Positions 10,956 through 24,619 of a DNA stretch of 64,000 nt are shown here, one piece after another. The notes beneath the pieces were generated by a model. It made no database searches and was not told where the DNA came from. It saw only the letters and a list, made by a program, of their open reading frames with translations. A program made the translations under genes and the position numbers. This DNA is from Paraspadella gotoi (Eukaryota > Animalia > Chaetognatha): contig JBJCIZ010000239.1 of assembly GCA_051294375.1 (NCBI GenBank), positions 5,069,149 to 5,133,148 on the forward strand. The letters are read 5' to 3'. The first letter of the stretch is position 1; each line of letters opens with the position of its first letter.

Positions 10956-11374
10956 GTGAGATGATTTCTGCGTATATCATATTAATCTCGATTCGGATCT
11001 CTGGATTTCGAATTTGAAAACAAAATGTTGGAAGAGAGAGGATGAGAGAGAGAGAGAGGAGAAGAGAGAGAGAGAGGGGAGAGAGAGAGAGAGAGAAGAG
11101 AGAGAGCTTATCTGATTCTGATAATTGAACCTCTCTCTTCAAAAAAAAATCTCGCTCCCAAGTAAGATGTTTTAAAAATAATTTTCCTGAAAAAAAAACA
11201 AAAAAACGGACGCTTAATTTATTTATTTTGATATTTGATTATTGATTAAGAATGATCCTTTTTTTTTGTTCTATATCTTCTAATGATCATTACAAAGTGT
11301 TTTGGCGTTCTTTTAAACGAGTATGAATAAAAATAAAGAGACAGATTTTGGACCAATAGATTTTTAATCCTTTA

Positions 11375-11595
11375 TGAAATTGGTACGACCAATATAAAAA
11401 TTATCCATTCTTTTAATAAATAAGCTATCTAGCCCCTGACTTTGGACAGGCTTTGGTGGCCCAAGGCCTCCATCACTCTTACAAGATAATGACATCCCCG
11501 GTTCCTGCGAGTTCTCAATCAGAACTCTTTCACAGTTGAGTTTATTTCCTCCCAGATTAACTATCTTCAGTATCAATGAAGTGGTATCATGTTTC
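11375..11595 (-). mobile_element. Interspersed repeat family A copy
   Basis: Reverse complement aligns by eye to 3296-3460 and 57160-57315. Confidence 0.65.
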
Positions 11596-13666
11596 AATTG
11601 TATGTATTATTTTACTTTCATATAAATTTACATTTTAAATCTCTACCCACTTAAGCTTTACTTTACACTTACCCTCCTCATTTGCTCTTACCCTTACTCT
11701 CTTTAAGTCGCCCTTTAATCTTTAATTCTCATTTCAACTTACCTGATTTTTTTTTTCCTAGAAATTTTCAATCAAAACAAACTTTTCGGTCGGAAGGGTT
11801 AAAGTTCGATCAGCAAATTCTCTCTNNNNNNNNNNCTCTGCCCAATCCTAATTTCTCCTTCGCTCCGACAAAGTCTTCAAGACGAAAAAAAGAAAAAGAA
11901 AAAAATCCCCTTTTTTTCTTTAAAACTTCGTCGTCGTCTTTCTCCTCCTCCTCATCCTCCTCCTCTTCTTCCTCTTCCTCCTCCTTCATCGTCTACGAGG
12001 GTTTTTCGTCTCTCTCTCTCTCTCTCTTTCGATCCCAAAAAAGAATCTTTTTTTTTTCTTCCTTTTCTCTATAATTACCAAGAGTCGATTTTTATCTTTG
12101 ATTTAACAACGATGATGGTTAATGACATAAACGGTGTTTCGACTTGGACGTTAGTCTTCATCCGCGTAAAAAAAAAATATNNNNNNNNNNNNNNNNNNNN
12201 NNNNNNNNNNNNNNNNNNNNNNNNNNNNNNNNNNNNNNNNNNNNNNNNNNNNNNNNNNNNNNNNNNNNNNNNNNNNNNNNNNNNNNNNNNNNNNNNNNNN
12301 NNNNNNNNNNNNNNNNNNNNNNNNNNNNNNNNNNNNNNNNNNNNNNNNNNNNNNNNNNNNNNNNNNNNNNNNNNNNNNNNNNNNNNNNNNNTTTTTTAAA
12401 GATTAGGAAAAACAGATTTGAACATTTTTAATAATTTTTAAACCTAAATAAAACTGAATTTTTGATTTTTTTTTNNNNNNNNNNNNNNNNNNNNNNNNNN
12501 NNNNNNNNNNNNNNNNNNNNNNNNNNNNNNNNNNNNNNNNNNNNNNNNNNNNNNNNNNNNNNNNNNNNNNNNNNNNNNNNNNNNNNNNNNNNNNNNNNNN
12601 NNNNNNNNNNNNNNNNNNNNNNNNNNNNNNNNNNNNNNNNNNNNNNNNNNNNNNNNNNNNNNNNNNNNNNNNNNNNNNNNNNNNNNNNNNNNNNNNNNNN
12701 NNNNNNNNNNNNNNNNNNNNNNNNNNNNNNNNNNNNNNNNNNNNNNNNNNNNNNNNNNNNNNNNNNNNNNNNNNNNNNNNNNNNNNNNNNNNNNNNNNNN
12801 NNNNNNNNNCGACGAACGACGACGATCCTTTCGCTAACAATGGGACTCGATCTTCGATGGTCATTCTTTACGCGACAAAGGGGAAAAAAGACTCTCTNNN
12901 NNNNNNNNNNNNNNNNNNNNNNNNNNNNNNNNNNNNNNNNNNNNNNNNNNNNNNNNNNNNNNNNNNNNNNNNNNNNNNNNNNNNNNNNNNNNNNNNNNNN
13001 NNNNNNNNNNNNNNNNNNNNNNNNNNNNNNNNNNNNNNNNNNNNNNNNNNNNNNNNNNNNNNNNNNAGTTTTCGTAGTAAGAGTTCGTAGAGAAACAAGA
13101 ATTTGAATATTTTTCAACAAAAAGTTTTCTTTTTAATCTTTCGATCGACATCTTTTAAATTTCGTTTTCACAAAAAAAANNNNNNNNNNNNNNNNNNNNN
13201 NNNNNNNNNNNNNNNNNNNNNNNNNNNNNNNNNNNNNNNNNNNNNNNNNNNNNNNNNNNNNNNNNNNNNNNNNNNNNNNNNNNNNNNNNNNNNNNNNNNN
13301 NNNNNNNNNNNNNNNNNNNNNNNNNNNNNNNNNNNAAAAAAACCTTGCTTAATATAAATATTACTGTAACTTGCTCAACTATTTTTTTACTTTTGAGTTA
13401 CGAAACAATAAATTCAAAAAGACTTTGTCTTATGTTTTATTTAAAATGTAATAATTTCGACCTTTAAAAATTGTTTTCCGTCTCAAAATTACTTCGTTCA
13501 ACATTGACTCGAACATATGTTCATTTTCGTCGGGTTATGACGATCAACCTGTTTAAATATCGTTTTTATTTTATTTTTTTATAGACGTTATTTTTTTAAA
13601 GTCTTGTTTTCAGTGCGATTAAAGATCGCGGGAAAAAAATACACACAATAAAAAAAGTAAACAAAA

Positions 13667-13730
<64 letters not shown>

Positions 13731-13854
13731 CCATCGGCATAAAAGGGGCAGTGACTGTCTCATGAATTCCTTTATTGCCTCCTCTCCTCTCCAGACGTTA
13801 ATTACCTGCGACAAATAAAACAAGTTTTTCCCGTTTCGTTTTACTCATGTTTTC

Positions 13855-13865
13855 TATTTATTTTT

Positions 13866-13936
<71 letters not shown>

Positions 13937-14042
13937 TATATTTATTTATTCATTAATTTATTTATTTTTTGTTTGTTTATTTATTTATTCCTTTAATTAT
14001 TTAGTTTTTTATTTATTTAGTTTTTTTATTTATTCATTTATT
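13855..14042. repeat. (TTTA)n microsatellite
   Basis: Directly visible. Confidence 0.9.
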
Positions 14043-15403
14043 TTGTGTACTTTTTTTATAGACACATAAAAAGTTGATGTATCCAAAGAGGAGAAAACTT
14101 TTTATTCATTTGTATCCACATTTAATTTATTTATTTCTGAACATTACTTTCAACTTTTTTTTAAAGTGGTTTTTCATAAGATAAAAAAAATATCACTTAT
14201 TCATCATGCTTCTTTTTTACCCATTAAAACCGGATTAATTTTTTTTTTTTAAATAATATTTTTTTTACGTTCTTCTAAACACAGTGGATCTGGATTACGA
14301 CATCTTTGATGATTCCTTAACTCAAATTGAGTTGTCAATTTTTATTTTTCCTTTTTTTTCTTTTTACTATCAAATGAATATTTTTTAAATATTTTAATTT
14401 TTTTTTTACCTCGTTGATTAAACCGAAGTTTAAAAGTATTTAATCGCAAAGATTGTATTCGTTTCTTTCTTTCATTTTTCATTAGGTCGTTTTGTTTCAT
14501 CATGTTACTTTTTAAACATTCCGAATTCATCCGGATCGTGCATCGTCTTGAGCCGACCTTTCTCAACATCAATTTCCCCTCGGAATGGAATTTAACTTTC
14601 CCGAGGAATTTCGTCCGCGTCGAAACGCATCGATGGTGAAATAAAAAGCTGGAGTTGACCCTTCGATTACTCCAGCCGATTACGGGGTTAAAAGTCCCAA
14701 TGAAATCACGAGGAATTCGTCCTAAGAGAAAAAATTACGCCGAAATTACGACGAAAATTTGTAATTTAAAAAAAAATGTTTAAAAAAAAATGTTGAATTT
14801 ATGGATTACCAAACGAAAAATGGGGAAAAAAAATCAGAATAAACAAACGCATATTTTTTTTTTAAAAAGTTGTTTATTTTGGCGTCGAATCTTTGTTTAC
14901 GCCGAAAAAAAAGTTGAATCAAAGTCCAATCAAAGGAGAAATGTTTTCATAGAGACTGTTGTTGTTGTTGTTGTCGTTGTGCGCTCGTTTGGAACACGTG
15001 TTATTTCTGAATACGAGTTTTGTGTGTGCTTGAGTGTTTTGTGTGTGATTGAGTGTTTTTTACTAACTTAGTTATTTTATGTATACGAAGAAAAAAGAAA
15101 ACTTCCCCCCCAAAAAATAAATATGTTNNNNNNNNNNNNNNNNNNNNNNNNNTCTCTCTACTCCATCAGTCTCTCAATCTCTCTCTCTCTCTTAACTCCT
15201 CTCTCTCTATCTCTCTCTATCTCTCCCTCTCTCTCTCTCATAATCTTGCTCTACCGATCACATGAAGAAAATTAGAACGGAATGATGCAGTACAATTTTT
15301 TGACGGATTTTCAACGCAGAATTTTGCGAAATACACGTCCATGACGAAAAATTCGGACCTCACTCAATAAATCGAATGGGCAGAACGCTTATGGTAAAAC
15401 GGA

Positions 15404-15484
15404 GACCAATCTCACGGTTCGTTGCAGGACCAATCACGGTTCGTTGAGGACCAATCACGGACCAATCTCGCGCAATCACGTGAC
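15404..15484 (+). promoter_or_regulatory. Cluster of four CCAAT boxes plus an E-box (cacgtg)
   Basis: gaccaatc with ccaat at 15406, 15430, 15451 and 15462, then caatcacgtgac at 15473-15484. Confidence 0.3.
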
Positions 15485-16302
15485 GCCAAAACAAAACCGA
15501 TCGACAAACAAACAAGAAATCGCAAATAAATCGAAGAATGTACATTGCAATAAATTCCGTCCCTGATTGTATTTTGAAAACTCTTGATGTTGAAGTAATT
15601 ACCACTGTACCAGTATGTAACGCGTGAACAAAAAGCTTTTTGAGTAAGTACTAACTAAATTGACTCGGTATTTCATAGATGATATGATAATGTGATACTA
15701 TTTTTCACAATAGTCAATTGATTTAGACGATTGTAATTTTGTGAACCAATATTTGGTGAAAAGTGAAAACTAATTCGTGTCTGGTGAACCTGTTCGTTTT
15801 GTTTATTCGGCGGTTCGTCAGTTCGTCAGTTCGGTTCCCTTGTTCGTTCTCAAGTTCGTTCGGTTCCTTTATTCGTAATTTCTTTTATTTTTTATAAAAT
15901 AATAATTGTTAAATGGCAATTATTTTTTTTTTAATTACTTAAATTGGCTCAAATACTCTGTCCTCAATTTTTGTGTACTTTTTTTCAATTGCAAAAAAAA
16001 AATCCCAAAAATTCAACAGTTGTTCTCAAAAGAAAAAAAAATAAATTCATCGACAAAAAAAGGAATTTATTTCAGTTTTGAAATAAACGATCATCACTGT
16101 CATTCGTCTTTCCTTGATTTTGAAAAAAATAATAATTTTACAAACTGGGTCCTACTGTACCGACATGAATCCTAATCGTAATAAAGGATTATCGCCGTAA
16201 TTAACGTAAATAAAGAAAAAACCGCGTATAACGAGAAAAACAACGCGTCCAACGAAAAGGAGATAAAAGATGACGAGCAAAATGATTCAATGGTGAGCAT
16301 TA

Positions 16303-16614
16303 TGAATTAATTATTAAGTAATTATTAATTATTAGGTATTTAGTATTATAAAGGAAAATGCCTTCAAAGATCATGTCAGGAACTACATAAATTTTATAGG
16401 TCATTACAATTCCTATCAAAATCAATCTCTCTCTCTCTCTTCCTCTCGTCTCTAATCTCCTCACTCTCTCTCTCCTCTGCTCCTCTCTCTCTCTTCTCTC
16501 TCTCCTCTCTCTGTCTCTCATCTCTCATCCATACCTGTAGCCTCGTTCGTTATAACCTCGACCTACTTTTGTTGTCACATTGTAACTTCTTTTTTTAGCT
16601 TTAACACCTTCTTA

Positions 16615-16658
<44 letters not shown>

Positions 16659-16718
16659 TCGTCGTGTGAATTTCCTTTGAAGGGTCCGAACAACCGTCCA
16701 GTCTTTCGGCGGATGGTG

Positions 16719-16758
<40 letters not shown>

Positions 16759-16776
16759 AGTGAGAAAGAGAGAGAA

Positions 16777-16808
<32 letters not shown>

Positions 16809-17077
16809 CACCTCTTGAGGGAATGTCTTGGGGAGAGGTTTGAGATTCGTGGGGGTCAGACTTTAAGGGATCGGAAGTCTTCTGGTTGCAATTGGGTGAG
16901 AAGACTAATGAGAAGAGTTGAGGGTTCGTATGGGAGAAGTGATAGGGGGAAGTGATGGGGGAAGTGATAGGGGGAAGTGATAAAGGGTGAATGAGGTTGT
17001 TGTGAATTTGAAAGGGTTGTGTAAAGGGGAAAAAACAATGAATGATATTGAAAAAGAAAATGGGAAAGAGAAGAGAG

Positions 17078-17118
<41 letters not shown>

Positions 17119-18189
17119 AGGGATGGGGAGGAGGGAGGACAGGAGATAGATACGAGACGGAGTGAGAGAGTGAGTGTTATTAACAAACCACAAAAGAATG
17201 AAACGTACGTACAACGCCTCATGGTGCACAACCTGACAGCCACGTATTACGTGAGATACAATCGCACTTTGTGATAATGTGATCATGTGAAATTTATTCG
17301 TTGCGAGGGGTCTTAGGGTAGAGTGCCTACATGACGAATATTGATCATAATTATTCGGTATTACACCAATTAGTCGTTTATAAACCGAACGGACGGACGG
17401 ACAGAGACAAACAGAGAGACAAACAGACAGAACGACAAACAGACAATGAGACAGAGAGGTAGAGAGTCAACCAATCCAAAACTCGAGTGCTTTGCAAAGT
17501 AACAACATTCTTTCTTGACTCTTCAAGGAAGTCGAATATGCAAAGATCAAAGGCTCGGTGTGTTGTCGGCTCCAGGAAAGGAATAGGAGGGAAAGGGGAA
17601 GCGATGTCCTGGAGTGGAACTGTGACTGGGTGATGCAGCTTGTAGAAGGGGGTAAGTTTTGTGGATAAGGCGTTGAGTGGGCTGAAGAGTGCCATTCGAA
17701 ACTTTTTTAACCCCCTCTAGCAGCCATGGAACGGGTCCTGGGCTTGGAACCAGGCTTGAGGGTTTCCTACGCCCCCAAGGATCGATCCCGGTAGCTAATG
17801 AGCTGATGGTATTACTCAATCAGCTCCCGGTTCGCAACTGAAGATGTCATGCTTATAGGCGGAAAGAGAGAGAAATTGGAATTCAATTATTAAGTAAGTT
17901 ATTAATTATTAGGTATTTAGTATTATACAAGGAAAAATGCCTTCAAAGATCATGTCAGGAACTACATAAATTTTATAGTGTCATTTACAATTCCTATCAA
18001 AATCAATCTCTCTCTCTCTCTTCCTCTCTCTCTTCTCCTCCTCTCTCTCTCCTCTGCTCTCTCTCTCTCTGTCTCTCCTCTCTCTCTTCTCTCATCTGCT
18101 CATCCATACCTGTAGCCTCGTTCCGTTATAACTCGACCTACTTTTGTTGTCACATTGTAACTTCTTTTTTTAGCTTTAACACCTTCTTA

Positions 18190-18233
<44 letters not shown>

Positions 18234-18290
18234 TCGTCGGGATTTCCTTTGAAGGGTCCGAACAAACCGTCAGTCTTTTCGGCGGATGTG

Positions 18291-18330
<40 letters not shown>

Positions 18331-18337
18331 AGTGAGA

Positions 18338-18379
<42 letters not shown>

Positions 18380-18655
18380 ACCTCTTGAGGGAATGTCTTG
18401 GGGAGAGGTTTGAGATTCGTGGGGGTCAGACTTTAAGGGATCGAAGTCTTCTGGTTGCCAATTGGGTGAGAAGACTAATGAGAAGAGTTGAGTGGTTCGT
18501 ATGGGAGAAGTGATAGGGGGAAGTGATGGGGGAAGTGATAGGGGGAAGTGATAAAGGGTGAATGAGGTTGTTGTGAATTTGAAGGGTTGTGTAAAGGGGA
18601 AAAAACAATGAATGATATTGAAAAAGAAATGGGAAAAGAAGAGAGAGAGGAAGAT

Positions 18656-18694
<39 letters not shown>

Positions 18695-19422
18695 AGGGAG
18701 GAGGGAGGAATAGATAGAGAGGAGTGAGAGAGTGAGTGTTATTAACAACCACAAAAAGAATGAAACGTACGTACAACGCCTCATGGTGCACAACCTGACA
18801 GCCACGTATTACGTGAGATACAATTCGCACTTTGTGATAATGTGATCATGTGAAATTTATTCGTTGCGAGGGGTCTTAAGGGTAGAGTGCCTACATGACG
18901 AATATTGATCATAATTATTCGGTATTACACCAATTTAGTCGTTTAATAACCGAACGGACGGGACGGACAGAGACAAACAGAGAGACAAACAGACAGAACG
19001 ACAAACAGACAATGAGACAGAGAGGTAGAGAGTCAGCCCATCCAAAACTCGATGTGCTTTGCAAAGTAACACAATTCTTTCTTGACTCTTCAAGAAGTCG
19101 AATATGCAAAGATCAAAGGCTCGTGTGTTGTCGGCTCCAGGAAAGGAATAGGAGGGAAAGGGGAAGCGATGGAGTGGAACTGTGACTGGGTGATGCAGCT
19201 TGTAGAAGGGGGTAAGTTTTGTGGATAAGGCGTTGAGTGGGCTGAAGAGTGCCATTCGAAACTTTTTTAACCCCCTCTAGCAGCCATGGACGGGTCCTGG
19301 GCTTGGAACCAGGCTTGAGGGTTTCCTACGCCCCAAGGATCGATCCCGGTAGTTAATGAGCTGATGGTTATTACTCAATCAGCTCCGGTTCGCAACTGAA
19401 GATGTCATGCCTATATAGGCGG
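16303..19422. repeat. ~1.57-kb tandem duplication (16303-17862 / 17881-19422)
   Basis: Colinear near-identical copies differing mainly by 1-bp indels. Confidence 0.9.
17466..17862 (+). mobile_element. Degenerate 3' end of an RLE non-LTR retrotransposon, HERO-like
   Basis: Translation 17626-17673, LGDAA..(disrupted)..LWIRR, resembles the HERO C-terminal AAExxSxWLWIxR as I recall it. The 3' UTR ends cccggttcgcaactgaagatgtc, like HERO termini. Homologous copies at 19030-19460 and 41817-42235. Confidence 0.5.
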
Positions 19423-19460
19423 GGTGAACTTACGTATAGCATTTCCCGACTACAGTTATG
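19030..19460 (+). mobile_element. Second copy of the HERO-like 3' fragment
   Basis: Part of the tandem duplication; continues into aggcggggtgaacttacgtatagcatttcccgac. Confidence 0.5.
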
Positions 19461-19579
19461 TGATAGAGTTCCGTTGCTCTATCTCTCTTCAACAACGGCG
19501 TAGGAAAAATCGTTAAAAAAAACTGACTGGGAGAGAGAGAGAGAATTATAACAGGAGTGAATTTATCGCCTGGGCGAGC

Positions 19580-19639
<60 letters not shown>

Positions 19640-21768
19640 AGAGAAGAGAAACGTGGAGGAGTGTNNNNNNNNNNNNNNNNNNNNNNNNNTCAGCTTTAGG
19701 CGGGTGAACTTACGTATAGCATTTCCCGACTACAGTTATGTGATAAGTTCCGTTGCTCTATCTCTCTTCAACAACGGCGTAGGAAAATCGTTAAAAAAAA
19801 CTGACTGGGAGAGAGAGAGAGAATTATAACAGGAGTGATTTATCGCCTGGGCGAGCGGAGAGATGAAGAAATAAAACTAAAAATATTTTAGCAATCAATT
19901 TATGGTAAGATTTCCATGTAAATACATGTAAAGAAAGACATTGATGAAAATACATGATGAAAATAAAAAAGAATCAAGAATCCGAAAATGAAAAAAATTA
20001 GTTGAAAGAAGAAATGAAAAAGAAACTCGAGCAGGTAAGGAAAGAATAAGGCCAAAAAAATCGAAAGAAAGGAAAAATTAAGAAGAATTAACACGAAATA
20101 GCAGAAAGAAAAGAAAAAAAAGAGAAACAAGACGGCGAGAACGATAAGCAAAATTTAAAACGGAAATTGAAATATATGGTCGCCGTTTGAGGCGACGCGA
20201 AATGCGATCAAAACTGTCGCCTTGGAATCACTCCGGTTACAAAAAAAAACAAAAAACAGAAGGATACCAATTTTTTTTATTTTAAATGAATTTTGTTGAC
20301 ACGAAGTCATTCAATTTTTCCACGACCATAATTGTAAGCAGATGTTTTCAGTTCTTTGAGTTCATTGGTCTAAGTAATACCCTACTATTTTTAGTTAAAG
20401 CTTAAAAGTGAAAATCTTTAAAAAAGTTATTATATTCTTCACAGCGTCTCAACCTCATAATGAATCTACTTAGTTCATAGAAATCTTCAGTTCGAAATGA
20501 ATTGCAACATTAGTTCCCCAATCCATTTCCGCCTCATTGAATCACTTCGAATCTGACGAAACGGAAAACTTACTCGCGCTCATTCGTGGAAAAAAAAGGA
20601 AGTTCATTTTTTTTTTTCAAAAATCCAAAAATCCGGAACATTTCTTAATTATTTCAATTATTTGGCTAAATTAAAAAGACAAAATTTCTCAAATACGAAA
20701 AAACAAAAAACGAGAAGATATGTTTTTTTTTCTCCAAATGATATAACGCTTAATAAAAAACTAATTTTTTACACTTTTTTCCCACTTTTTATCTTCCCCT
20801 TCTAACTTCTTCTTTTTCTTTCACAAAACCATCCTCATTCAAACCTGTTTTGATTTACTCTCTCGTCCTCACATTTATTTTTTTTTACATTTTCCCGTGG
20901 AGAATCTCTCCCTCTCGCCCACTCCCCCCCTCCCCCATCCTCCTCTAACTTTGATCGTCGGCCGCTGGCCGCACCGTCGGCGCATCCCGACGCGTTCGGC
21001 GCCGCGTCTCCACCGCCGCAGCATGTCGTCGTTGGCGCGGTAGAGTAACGGCGACCGTAACGATGGCCTCAACCGGCCCGCAATCAGGGAAGCAACCGAG
21101 AGCTGAAAAACTTCTTTCCCGCGTCTTCATACCTGCGGTCGGATTCGCACGCACTCACCTGCGCTCTCAGCACTTTTGTGTTGGTGGAGTCGGTCACTGA
21201 ACTCGCCTATGTGTTCGTTTTCTCACTAGCCAGGCATGTCTAGCACGTAATGCCATGCTTCGATTCCGAATGGAATGTCAATGACCGGTCGCGATAAGAA
21301 TTAAAGTTAGTTAACTTTGTCAAACTTGCCATAATTCCCCTCATTGTCGTTGAGTTGGTCTTCATCTATTCTAACGCTTTGCGTCAAGTCTAATGTCAAT
21401 TCCTAAAAGTTATGAATAAATTGTTTGATCCCCTCTGCCTCCATCCGGAACATCAGCAATTATTACCCTCCCTCCAAACTCTCACCTCATCTCTAACTCA
21501 AGCTACCATTATAACAATCACCCACGGCCTTTCTCCATCTCAGTAAACACTAAGCGCACACACCCACCACTGGTTTTCACAACTTGCCGCGGTTTCCCAC
21601 TCAAAATTCTTCTTCCGTATTTGTCTCCACAGGATCCATTATACTTCGCGGCCTTAGAGAATCCATATTTTCTTGCACTTCTCATCTCTCTTTCACTCGG
21701 CGCATCCATCCGCTCACAAAAAAACCTATCCTCTCTCCTTCTCTCTGACTTTCTCTTCTCTTCTTCTC

Positions 21769-21812
<44 letters not shown>

Positions 21813-22402
21813 CTTTACTTTATTTATTACGATCTAATATTTGGAAGCTTTAGGTTCACACTTAGTACCGGTTTTGAAAATTCGATTGTTAGTCTACTTA
21901 GTATTGAATTGATTGGACTAAAACTAAATTAATTTGTTGAAGTGATCGATCCATTTTGATTTATTGATTGATTGATTGATTGCCTGGTATTGAGTTACTA
22001 TGATTACTGGGTTGGAATTTAATTACAGCTAATCTAATTAACGTTTACTAATCGGACGTTATCTTATTTATTTAATCCATAAGAAGTTATTCCTTTTGCC
22101 AGATTCCAAGAAAGAGAAGATTAAAGAATCTCTAAAACGAGGCAGGGCCTCCATCTCCCAATTTACAGGTAGGACGCGACGGCAACCGATTCACAGTAAA
22201 ACCGATTTCCGCGAATTCGAAAAAAAAAACTGTTTCGCGCACTCGTTTCTTTTTATACCCCAAGAAACAAATAAATCTCTTTACCGTTCAAAAAATATAC
22301 TTATTTTTTTCTCCGAATGTCTCTACTTCGTCTTCTTATCTCTCCTCTGACTCCCTCTCTCTCTCTCTCCGTGCTCTCTCTCTCTCTCTCTCTCTTTCTC
22401 CT

Positions 22403-22433
<31 letters not shown>

Positions 22434-24523
22434 CTTTGCACGCATCGACCCATCGGTGCCACTCACTCCTTTTCTTTCGCGGGTGATGCGACGCCGCTCA
22501 CTGGGTCGCGCTCTACGAAAAAGCCCCGCTTCGAATTGTTGCACGCTGCACGCCGCCCCGTCTCCGGCCGCCCTGCCGCTGCCGCCGCCGCCTACGTCGC
22601 CGCGCGTCAAAACAAAGTCAGAAAAAATATGGGGGGCATTTCGTCACCATCAAAACGACAAGGACAATTAGTTGTAGTTAAAGACAAAGATAATGACCAA
22701 AAGAAAAAAAAGGGCGGACAAAGAAATAATTACAAAAGCAGAGAGAGGACTGGACTGTTAAGAGATTGAAACCAAACTCGAAGGAGTTTATTTGGTTATG
22801 ATGAGAGACGAGAGAGAGAGAGATACGTAGAGCGGGTCAGTACGGATGGCAGGTGCGGTAGAGGAGAGTGATTAAGAAATATATGAATAAAACGGAGATT
22901 GAACAAAATAATAAAGAATATTTTTTTTTTCGACGCATAAAAAAAAAATAACAGATCTCGAAGATACGGAGTGAGCGGTTTTTTGGATCAACAATTGAAA
23001 TTCGGAAAAAAACCCCATTCGTCGATTTCCGACCTTTTTAGGACGTGACTGTCGGAGGAGTGGTACGGAAATGTGAAGAGAGAGGGTGTGTGATAAAAAG
23101 AGTAGGAGTTTTTGGGATTCAAGTTATGACAGTTAAAGAAAAAGTCTAGATGTATTTACAAATAAAGTCATTAAAAAACAAGAAGAAAATACTTAATTCC
23201 ATCGTGTGATTTTATTACAAACCAATCTTTAGAAATAAAATAGCCTATATGACGAGCAGGGAGACACTGATCCGTGAAAAGAGAAGGAAGAACACTTGGG
23301 AAGAAAAGAAGATTTAAGTAAACTGAGTGAATTAATGAGAAGTAAACACATTCCATTTCATTGGACGTGGAGTAAGCGGCTCGTTCGGCGAATTTCGACG
23401 ATATTATGTTTTTTTGTTTAATTCATAATCAATGAATAAAAACTTATTACATTACGTAATGTGACTTAGATAGTCCAATAGATCCAAATAAAGTTTTTCC
23501 GCTAAACAAAGCATGAACACGTATAAAATTTCCAGAGCGAGTGCTCCAGTAAGATTTCTCGTTGACACTTCTTTGCGAATAACAAAAAGTTTTTCATTTG
23601 ACCTCTTTTATATTAATGATCATTTAGTTGACTACAATATTTTGTTGAGAAGGACTGCCAATGTCAATTCTCGTCTTTACTTCAAGCAAGATCAACCATT
23701 ATTTTTTTGGCTACTGTACTCATTATCGAACTCTTAATTTACGAAAAACTATTTATTACAGACTTCGGGAGTCCCGTGATCTCTATTTCTATGTTCGATT
23801 AAGGTGTTTCCTGCGTCATTCATCCACAAAAAGAACATAATAAGTCACTATAGGACGAGGCCACGCTCCCTTGCCGGTGCAATTCGTGTATTCTCTACTA
23901 CTCTATAGCGCTCTGCATTTCTCTCTCATCGGTCTCTCTCTCTCTCTAGAGTGTGGGAGGGCGTTTCGTTGGCGAAAGAAGTTCGCTCACATCAAAGACT
24001 TGTTAACGTCCTGACTGTTATTGACCAACTCGTGTTTTTTTTTTCGTTGTCTTCGTCGTCGTAGTTAACTCGTTATACTTATATTCATCGTTATTTTTAT
24101 TACAAACAATCTTTAGAAAAAAATTAGAGAGGGAGACACGATCGTGAAAAGAAGAGAAAACACTGAAGAAAAGAAGATTTATTAAATATGAATTAATAAA
24201 TAAAACATTCATTCATTGGCACTGGAGTAAGCGCTCGTTCCCTGTTTAAAAAAAAATGTTAACGACCATCGGGCTCGACCTCTAAGACATTTGGATAGAG
24301 AGACGATTAGACTCGCCTTTCGCTCCCATGACCGTTATAAAGGGTTGGGGTCGATATTAATCCACATTATTACGCTTAATTAGCTAATAATTCAGTCTTG
24401 CGTACCAGGGGAAAAGTAATACAGCCAAATTGATATTTTTAATTGATAGTAAAATTGCTATTTTTAATTGATAGTAAAATTGATATTTTTCCCCCTTCGG
24501 TATGCAAAGAACGAATCGATTCT

Positions 24524-24524
24524 C

Positions 24525-24619
<95 letters not shown>
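24524..24619. repeat. (TTA)n microsatellite
   Basis: Perfect trinucleotide tract. Confidence 0.95.

Noticed and set aside
12112-13357. ORFs spanning N runs (also at 30.5-31.2, 32.6-33.5, 36.5-37.8 and 52.0-52.3 kb)
   Set aside because: Their length comes from X residues in assembly gaps.
14487-14725. Moderately GC-rich block as an exon
   Set aside because: Several short frames on both strands and no recognisable peptide or consistent splice pair; left uncalled.
23210-24242. Diverged direct repeat 23210-23388 / 24095-24240 as an LTR pair
   Set aside because: No TG..CA ends, primer-binding site or coding interior; the first copy looks like a noisy read of the second.
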